Shown here in pieces: positions 54,401 through 64,000 of a DNA stretch of 64,000 nucleotides (position 1 is the first letter of the stretch; each line of letters opens with the position of its first letter). The translations under genes and the position numbers were made by a program. The DNA lies in the NCBI GenBank assembly GCA_964016885.1, contig OZ024760.1, positions 31,930,001-31,994,000 of the forward strand, in the 5' to 3' direction. Source of the DNA: Eledone cirrhosa (Eukaryota). Under the pieces are notes generated by a model that ran no database searches, was not told where the DNA came from, and worked only from the letters and a program-made list of their open reading frames with translations.

Positions 54401-57400
54401 CTGAGTTGATCCCAGGTTTAGAGAAGTAAGGGAGAGAAAGGCTATAGACTGAGTTGATCCCAGGTTTTGAGAAATAAGGGAGAGAAAGACTATAGACTGA
54501 GTTGATCCCAGGTTTTGAGAAGTAAGGGAGAGAAAGCCTATAGACTGAGTTGATCCCAGGTTTAGAGCAGTAAGGGAGAGAAATACTATAGTTTGAGTTG
54601 ATCCCAAGTTTTGAGAAGTAAGGAAGAGAAAGACTATTGTCTGAGTTGATCCTAGGTTTTTGAGAAGTAAGGGAGAGAAAGAATATAGTCTGATTTGATC
54701 CCAGGTTTTTGAGAAGTAAGGCAGAGAAAGACTATAGACTGAGTTGATCCAAGGTTTAGAGAAGTAAGGGAGAGAAAGGCTATAGACTGAGTTGATCCAA
54801 GGGTTTTAGAAGTAAGGGAGAGAAAGACTATAGTCTGATTTGATCCGTGGCTTTGAGAAGTAAGGGAGAGAAAAACAATAAATTGAGTAAAACCCAGGTT
54901 TTGAGAAGTAAGGGAGAGAAAGATTATAGTCTGAGATGATCGCAGGTTTTGAGAAGTAAGGCAGAGAAAGATTATAGTCTGAGTTAAACCAAGGTTTTGA
55001 GAAGTAAAGCAGAGAAAGACAATAGTCTGAGTTGATCCAAGGTTTTGAGAATTAATGGAAAGAAAGGTTATAGTCTGAGTTGATCCCAGGTTTGGAGAAG
55101 TAAGGGAGAGAAAGTCTATCGTCTGACTTGATTCAAGGCTTTGAGAAGTAAGGGCGAGAAAGATTATAGTATGAGTTGATTCCAGGTTTGTGGAAGTAAG
55201 CGAGACAAGGACTATAGACTGAGTCGATCCCAGGTTTTGAGAAATAAGGGAGAGAAAGGCTATAGACTGTGTTAATCCCAGGTTTTGAGAAGTAAGGGAG
55301 AGAAAGACAATAGACTGAGTTGATCCAAGGTTTTGAGAAGTAAGGGAGATAAAGACTATAGTCTGAGATGATTCCAGGTTTTAAGAAGTAAAGGAGAGCA
55401 AGATTATAGTCTGAGTTGATCCAAGGTTTTGAGAAGTAAAGGAGGAGAAAGACTATAATCTGAGTTGATCCAAGGTTTTGAGAAGTAAGGGAGAGAAAGA
55501 CTATAGACAAGGTTGATCTCAGGTATTGAGAAGTAAGGCATAGAAAGACGATACACTGAGTTGATCCAAGGTTTTTAGAAGTAAGCTAGAGAAAGCTTAT
55601 AGTATGAGTTGATTCAAGGTTTTGAGAAGTAAGGGAGAGAAATACTATTATTTGAGTTGATCCCAGGTTTTGAGAAATAAGGGAGAGAAACACTATAGAC
55701 TGATTTGATCCCAGGTTTTGAGAAATAAGGGAGAGAAAGAATATAGTCTGAGTTGATCCCAGGTTTTGAGAAGTTAGGCAGAAAATGACTATAGACTGAG
55801 TTGATCCAAGGTTTTGAGAAGTAAGGGAGAGAAAGACTATAGACTGAGTTGATCCCAGGCTTTGAGAAGTAAGGGAGAGAAAGACTATAGACTGAGTTGA
55901 TCCAAGGTATTCAGAAGTAAGGGAGAGAAAGGCTATAGTCTGTGTTAGTCCCAGGTTTTGAGAAGTAAGGGAGAGAAAGACTATAGACTGAGTTGATCCC
56001 AGGTTTTGAGAAGTAAGGGAGAGAAAGAGGATAGACTGAGTTGATCCAAGGTTTTCAGAAGTAAAGGAGGAGAAAGACTATAATCTGAGTTGATCCAAGG
56101 TTTTGAGAAGTAAGGGAGAGAAAGGCTATAGTCTGAGTTGATCCAAGGTTTTGAGAAGTAAGGGAGAGAAAGTCTATAGACAAGGTTGATACCAGGTATT
56201 GAGAAGTAAGGGAGATAAAGACGATAGACTGAGTTGATCCAAGGTTTTGAGAAGTAAGGTAGAGAAAGGTTATAGTATGAGTTGATTCAAGGTTTTGAGA
56301 AGTAAGGGAGAGAAAGACTATAGACAAGTTTGATCTAAGTTATTGAGAAGTAAGGGATAGGAAGACGATACACTGAGTTGATCCAAGGTTTTGAGAAGTA
56401 AGGGAGAGAAAGGTTATAGTATGAGTTGATTCAAGGTTTCGAGAAGTAAGGGAGAGAAATACTATTATTTGAGTTGATCCCAGGTTTTGAGATATAAGGG
56501 AGAGAAAGACTATAGACTGATTTGATCCCACGTTTTGAGAAGTAAGGGAGAGAAAGAATATAGTCTGAGTTGATCCCAGGTTTTGAGAAGTGAGGCAGAA
56601 AATGACTATAGACTGAGTTGATCCAAGGTTTTGAGAAGTAAGGGAGAGAAAGACTATAGACTGAGTTGATCCCAGGCTTTGAGAAGTAAGGGAGAGAAAG
56701 ACTATAGACTGAGTAGATCCAAGGTATTCAGAAGTAAGGGAGAGAAAGGCTATAGACTGTGTTAATACCAGGTTTTGAGAAGTGAGGGAGAGAAAGACTA
56801 TAGACTGAGTTGATCCCAGGTTTTGAGAAGTAAGGTAGAGAAAGGTTATAATCTGAGTTGATCCAGGGTTTTGAGAAGTAAGGGAGAGAAAGCCTATAGA
56901 TTGAGTTGATCCCAGGTTTTGAGAAGTAAGGGAGAGAAATACTATAGTTTGAGTTGATCCCAAGTTTTGAGAAGTAAGGAAGAGAAAGACTATAATCTGA
57001 GTTGATCCTAGATTTTTGAGAAGTAAGGGAGAGAAAGAATATAGTCTGATTTGTTCCAAGGTTTTGAGAAGTAAGGCAGAGAACGACTATAGACTGAGTT
57101 GATCCAAGGTTTTGAGAAGTAAGGGAGAGAAAGGCTATAGACTGAGTTGATCCAAGGGTTTTAGAAGTAAGGGAGAGAAACACTATAGTCTGATTTGATC
57201 TGAGGTTTTGAGAAGTAAGGGAGAGAAAGACAATAAACTGAGTTAATCCCAGGTTTTGAGAAGTAAGGGAGAGAAAGACTATAGTCTGACATGATCGCAG
57301 GTTTTGAGAAGTAAGGCAGAAAAAGACTATAGTCTGTGTTGTTCCTAGGTTTTGAGAAGTAAGGGAGAGAACGACTATAGACTGAGTTGATCCCAGGTTT

Positions 57401-60400
57401 TGAGAAGTAAGGAAGAGAAAGACTATAGACTGAGTTGATCCAAGGTTTTGAGAAGTAAGGGAGAGAAAGGCTATAGACTGAGTTGATCCAAGGGTTTTAG
57501 AAGTAAGGGAGAGAAAGACTATAGTTTGATTTGATCCGAGGTTTTGAGAAGTAAGGGAGAGAAAGACAATAAACTGAGTTAATCCCAGGTTTTGAGAAGT
57601 AAGGGAGAGAAAGACTATAGTCTGACATGATCGCAGCTTTTGAGAAGTAAGGCAGAGAAAGACTATAGTCTGATTTGTTCCAAGGTTTTGAGAAGTAAGG
57701 GAGAGAAAGATTATAGTCTGAGTTAAACCAAGGTTTTGAGAAGTAAGGGAAAGAAAGGTTATAGTCTGAGTTGATCCCAGGTTTGGAGAAGTAAGGGAGA
57801 GAAAGTCTATCGTCTGACTTGATTCAAGGTTTTGAGAAGTAAGGGCGAGAAAGATTATAGTATGAGTTGATTCCAGGTTTGGGGAAGTAAGGGAGACAAG
57901 GCCTATAGACTGAGTTGATCCCAGGTTTTGAGAAGTAAGGGAGATAAAAACTATAGTCTGAGTTGATCCCAGGTTATGAGAAGTAAGGGAGAGAAATATT
58001 ATAGACTAGGTTGTTCCCAGGTCTTGAGAAGTAAGGGAGAGAAAGACGATAGACTGAGTTGATCCTAGGTATTCAGAAGTAAGGGAGAGAAAGGCTATAG
58101 ACTGCGTTAATCCCAGGTTTTGAGAAGTAAGGGAGAGAAAGACTATAGACTGAGTTGATCCCAGGTTTTGAGAAGTAAGGGAGAGAAAGACTATAGTCTG
58201 AGATGATTCCAGGTTTTAAGAAGTAAAGGAGGAGAAACACTATAATCTGAGTTGATCCAAGCTTTTGATAAGTAGGGGAGAGAAAGGCTATAGACTGAGT
58301 TGATCCAAGGTTTTGAGACGTAAGGGAGAAAAAGACTATAGACAAGGTTGATCCCAGGTATTGAGAAGTAAGGGAGAGAAAGACTATAGACTGAGTTGAT
58401 CCAAGGTTTAGAGAAGTAAGGGAGAGAAAGGCTATAGACTGAGTTGATCCAAGGGTTTTAGAAGTAAGGGAGAGAAAGACTATAGTCTGATTTGATCCGT
58501 GGCTTTGAGAAGTAAGGGAGAGAAAAACAATAAATTGAGTAAAACCCAGGTTTTGAGAAGTAAGGGAGAGAAAGATTATAGTCTGAGATGATCGCAGGTT
58601 TTGAGAAGTAAGGCAGAGAAAGATTATAGTCTGAGTTAAACCAAGGTTTTGAGAAGTAAAGCAGAGAAAGACAATAGTCTGAGTTGATCCAAGGTTTTGA
58701 GAATTAATGGAAAGAAAGGTTATAGTCTGAGTTGATCCCAGGTTTGGAGAAGTAAGGGAGAGAAAGTCTATCGTCTGACTTGATTCAAGGCTTTGAGAAG
58801 TAAGGGCGAGAAAGATTATAGTATGAGTTGATTCCAGGTTTGTGGAAGTAAGCGAGACAAGGACTATAGACTGAGTCGATCCCAGGTTTTGAGAAATAAG
58901 GGAGAGAAAGGCTATAGACTGTGTTAATCCCAGGTTTTGAGAAGTAAGGGAGAGAAAGACAATAGACTGAGTTGATCCAAGGTTTTGAGAAGTAAGGGAG
59001 ATAAAGACTATAGTCTGAGATGATTCCAGGTTTTAAGAAGTAAAGGAGAGCAAGATTATAGTCTGAGTTGATCCAAGGTTTTGAGAAGTAAAGGAGGAGA
59101 AAGACTATAATCTGAGTTGATCCAAGGTTTTGAGAAGTAAGGGAGAGAAAGACTATAGACAAGGTTGATCTCAGGTATTGAGAAGTAAGGCATAGAAAGA
59201 CGATACACTGAGTTGATCCAAGGTTTTTAGAAGTAAGCTAGAGAAAGCTTATAGTATGAGTTGATTCAAGGTTTTGAGAAGTAAGGGAGAGAAATACTAT
59301 TATTTGAGTTGATCCCAGGTTTTGAGAAATAAGGGAGAGAAACACTATAGACTGATTTGATCCCAGGTTTTGAGAAATAAGGGAGAGAAAGAATATAGTC
59401 TGAGTTGATCCCAGGTTTTGAGAAGTTAGGCAGAAAATGACTATAGACTGAGTTGATCCAAGGTTTTGAGAAGTAAGGGAGAGAAAGACTATAGACTGAG
59501 TTGATCCCAGGCTTTGAGAAGTAAGGGAGAGAAAGACTATAGACTGAGTTGATCCAAGGTATTCAGAAGTAAGGGAGAGAAAGGCTATAGTCTGTGTTAG
59601 TCCCAGGTTTTGAGAAGTAAGGGAGAGAAAGGCTATAGACTGAGTTGATCCCAGGTTTTGAGAAGTTAGGGAGAGAAAGAGGATAGACTGAGTTGATCCA
59701 AGGTTTTCAGAAGTAAAGGAGGAGAAAGACTATAATCTGAGTTGATCCAAGGTTTTGAGAAGTAAGGGAGAGAAAGGCTATAGTCTGAGTTGATCCAAGG
59801 TTTTGAGAAGTAAGGGAGAGAAAGTCTATAGACAAGGTTGATACCAGGTATTGAGAAGTAAGGGAGATAAAGACGATAGACTGAGTTGATCCAAGGTTTT
59901 GAGAAGTAAGGTAGAGAAAGGTTATAGTATGAGTTGATTCAAGGTTTTGAGAAGTAAGGGAGAGAAAGACTATAGACAAGTTTGATCTAAGTTATTGAGA
60001 AGTAAGGGATAGGAAGACGATACACTGAGTTGATCCAAGGTTTTGAGAAGTAAGGGAGAGAAAGGTTATAGTATGAGTTGATTCAAGGTTTCGAGAAGTA
60101 AGGGAGAGAAATACTATTATTTGAGTTGATCCCAGGTTTTGAGATATAAGGGAGAGAAAGACTATAGACTGATTTGATCCCACGTTTTGAGAAGTAAGGG
60201 AGAGAAAGAATATAGTCTGAGTTGATCCCAGGTTTTGAGAAGTGAGGCAGAAAATGACTATAGACTGAGTTGATCCAAGGTTTTGAGAAGTAAGGGAGAG
60301 AAAGACTATAGACTGAGTTGATCCCAGGCTTTGAGAAGTAAGGGAGAGAAAGACTATAGACTGAGTTGATCCAAGGTATTCAGAAGTAAGGGAGAGAAAG

Positions 60401-63400
60401 GCTATAGACTGTGTTAATACCAGGTTTTGAGAAGTGAGGGAGAGAAAGACTATAGACTGAGTTGATCCCAGGTTTTGAGAAGTAAGGTAGAGAAAGGTTA
60501 TAATCTGAGTTGATCCAGGGTTTTGAGAAGTAAGGGAGAGAAAGCCTATAGATTGAGTTGATCCCAGGTTTTGAGAAGTAAGGGAGAGAAATACTATAGT
60601 TTGAGTTGATCCCAAGTTTTGAGAAGTAAGGAAGAGAAAGACTATAATCTGAGTTGATCCTAGATTTTTGAGAAGTAAGGGAGAGAAAGAAGATAGTCTG
60701 ATTTGTTCCAAGGTTTTGAGAAGTAAGGCAGAGAACGACTATAGACTGAGTTGATCCAAGGTTTTGAGAAGTAAGGGAGAGAAAGGCTATAGACTGAGTT
60801 GATCCAAGGTTTTGAAAAGTAAGGGAGAGAAATACTATTATTTGAGTTGATCCCAGGTTTTGACAAATAAGGGAGAGAATGACTATAGACTGAGTTGATC
60901 CCAGGTTTAGAGAAGTAAGGGAGAGAAAGGCTATAGACTGAGTTGATCCCAGGTTTTGAGAAATAAGGGAGAGAAAGACTATAGACTGAGTTGATCCCAG
61001 GTTTTGAGAAGTAAGGGAGAGAAAGCCTATAGACTGAGTTGATCCCAGGTTTAGAGCAGTAAGGGAGAGAAATACTATAGTTTGAGTTGATCCCAAGTTT
61101 TGAGAAGTAAGGAAGAGAAAGACTATTGTCTGAGTTGATCCTAGGTTTTTGAGAAGTAAGGGAGAGAAAGAATATAGTCTGATTTGATCCCAGGTTTTTG
61201 AGAAGTAAGGCAGAGAAAGACTATAGACTGAGTTGATCCAAGGTTTAGAGAAGTAAGGGAGAGAAAGGCTATAGACTGAGTTGATCCAAGGGTTTTAGAA
61301 GTAAGGGAGAGAAAGACTATAGTCTGATTTGATCCGCGGCTTTGAGAAGTAAGGGAGAGAAAAACAATAAATTGAGTAAAACCCAGGTTTTGAGAAGTAA
61401 GGGAGAGAAAGATTATAGTCTGAGATGATCGCAGGTTTTGAGAAGTAAGGCAGAGAAAGATTATAGTCTGAGTTAAACCAAGGTTTTGAGAAGTAAAGCA
61501 GAGAAAGACAATAGTCTGAGTTGATCCAAGGTTTTGAGAATTAATGGAAAGAAAGGTTATAGTCTGAGTTGATCCCAGGTTTGGAGAAGTAAGGGAGAGA
61601 AAGTCTATCGTCTGACTTGATTCAAGGCTTTGAGAAGTAAGGGCGAGAAAGATTATAGTATGAGTTGATTCCAGGTTTGTGGAAGTAAGCGAGACAAGGA
61701 CTATAGACTGAGTCGATCCCAGGTTTTGAGAAATAAGGGAGAGAAAGGCTATAGACTGTGTTAATCCCAGGTTTTGAGAAGTAAGGGAGAGAAAGACAAT
61801 AGACTGAGTTGATCCAAGGTTTTGAGAAGTAAGGGAGATAAAGACTATAGTCTGAGATAATTCCAGGTTTTAAGAAGTAAAGGAGAGCAAGATTATAGTC
61901 TGAGTTGATCCAAGGTTTTGAGAAGTAAGGGAGAGAAAGTCTATAGACAAGGTTGATACCAGGTATTGAGAAGTAAGGGAGATAAAGACGATAGACTGAG
62001 TTGATCCAAGGTTTTGAGAAGTAAGGTAGAGAAAGGTTATAGTATGAGTTGATTCAAGGTTTTGAGAAGTAAGGGAGAGAAAGACTATAGACAAGTTTGA
62101 TCTAAGTTATTGAGAAGTAAGGGATAGGAAGACGATACACTGAGTTGATCCAAGGTTTTGAGAAGTAAGGGAGAGAAAGGTTATAGTATGAGTTGATTCA
62201 AGGTTTCGAGAAGTAAGGGAGAGAAATACTATTATTTGAGTTGATCCCAGGTTTTGAGATATAAGGGAGAGAAAGACTATAGACTGATTTGATCCCACGT
62301 TTTGAGAAGTAAGGGAGAGAAAGAATATAGTCTGAGTTGATCCCAGGTTTTGAGAAGTGAGGCAGAAAATGACTATAGACTGAGTTGATCCAAGGTTTTG
62401 AGAAGTAAGGGAGAGAAAGACTATAGACTGAGTTGATCCCAGGCTTTGAGAAGTAAGGGAGAGAAAGACTATAGACTGAGTAGATCCAAGGTATTCAGAA
62501 GTAAGGGAGAGAAAGGCTATAGACTGTGTTAATACCAGGTTTTGAGAAGTGAGGGAGAGAAAGACTATAGACTGAGTTGATCCCAGGTTTTGAGAAGTAA
62601 GGTAGAGAAAGGTTATAATCTGAGTTGATCCAGGGTTTTGAGAAGTAAGGGAGAGAAAGCCTATAGATTGAGTTGATCCCAGGTTTTGAGAAGTAAGGGA
62701 GAGAAATACTATAGTTTGAGTTGATCCCAAGTTTTGAGAAGTAAGGAAGAGAAAGACTATAATCTGAGTTGATCCTAGATTTTTGAGAAGTAAGGGAGAG
62801 AAAGAATATAGTCTGATTTGTTCCAAGGTTTTGAGAAGTAAGGCAGAGAACGACTATAGACTGAGTTGATCCAAGGTTTTGAGAAGTAAGGGAGAGAAAG
62901 GCTATAGACTGAGTTGATCCAAGGGTTTTAGAAGTAAGGGAGAGAAACACTATAGTCTGATTTGATCTGAGGTTTTGAGAAGTAAGGGAGAGAAAGACAA
63001 TAAACTGAGTTAATCCCAGGTTTTGAGAAGTAAGGGAGAGAAAGACTATAGTCTGATATGATCGCAGGTTTTGAGAAGTAAGGCAGAAAAAGACTATAGT
63101 CTGTGTTGTTCCTAGGTTTTGAGAAGTAAGGGAGAGAACGACTATAGACTGAGTTGATCCCAGGTTTTGAGAAGTAAGGGAGAGAAAGACTATAGACTGA
63201 GTTGATCCAAGGTTTTGAGAAGTAAGGGAGAGAAAGGCTATAGACTGAGTTGGTCCAAGGGTTTTAGAAGTAAGGGAGAGAAAGACTATAGTTTGATTTG
63301 ATCCGAGGTTTTGAGAAGTAAGGGAGAGAAAGACAATAAACTGAGTTAATCCCAGGTTTTGAGAAGTAAGGGAGAGAAAGACTATAGTCTGACATGATCG

Positions 63401-64000
63401 CAGCTTTTGAGAAGTAAGGCAGAGAAAGACTATAGTCTGATTTGTTCCAAGGTTTTGAGAAGTAAGGGAGAGAAAGATTATAGTCTGAGTTAAACCAAGG
63501 TTTTGAGAAGTAAGGGAAAGAAAGGTTATAGTCTGAGTTGATCCCAGGTTTGGAGAAGTAAGGGAGAGAAAGTCTATCGTCTGACTTGATTCAAGGTTTT
63601 GAGAAGTAAGGGCGAGAAAGATTATAGTATGAGTTGATTCCAGGTTTGGGGAAGTAAGGGAGACAAGGCCTATAGACTGAGTTGATCCCAGGTTTTGAGA
63701 AGTAAGGGAGATAAAAACTATAGTCTGAGTTGATCCCAGGTTATGAGAAGTAAGGGAGAGAAATATTATAGACTAGGTTGTTCCCAGGTCTTGAGAAGTA
63801 AGGGAGAGAAAGACGATAGACTGAGTTGATCCTAGGTATTCAGAAGTAAGGGAGAGAAAGGCTATAGACTGCGTTAATCTCAGGTTTTGAGAAGTAAGGG
63901 AGAGAAAGACTATAGACTGAGTTGATCCCAGGTTTTGAGAAGTAAGGGAGAGAAAGACTATAGTCTGAGATGATTCCAGGTTTTAAGAAGTAAAGGAGGA
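48488..64000. repeat. 48-bp satellite array (>15.5 kb, runs off window) with higher-order structure
   Basis: Unit CTATAGACTGAGTTGATCCAAGGTTTTGAGAAGTAAGGGAGAGAAAGA; 16-aa periodic ORFs. Confidence 0.97.

Noticed and set aside
48799-62950. 16-aa repeat ORFs in the satellite
   Set aside because: Frequent stops and frame changes; by-product of the 48-bp period

Overview
Repeat-saturated eukaryotic (animal) DNA with no recognisable intact host gene; the SINE/LINE families and extreme (TA)n/(CA)n/(CAC)n density suggest an octopus-like cephalopod genome (inference). Bases 1-48.4 kb are a mosaic of microsatellites, decayed RTE, CR1-like and L1/Tx1-like LINE fragments, tRNA-derived SINEs, a mariner MITE, a non-autonomous Helitron and several minisatellites. 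Bases 48.5-64 kb are a 48-bp satellite with multi-kb higher-order duplications. The main signal the ORF track misses is about 10 minimal type-I hammerhead ribozyme motifs from several unrelated sequence families. They lie in short elements inserted in (TA)n tracts, often folded back as inverted repeats, and many share a GAGTGCT-like motif near their 3' ends. One is a 3.2-kb palindromic element with a hammerhead in each ~1.15-kb arm around an internally deleted Penelope-like RT/GIY-YIG remnant, which ties the set to Penelope-like retroelements. All coordinates were read by eye and are approximate; nothing was computed or searched.
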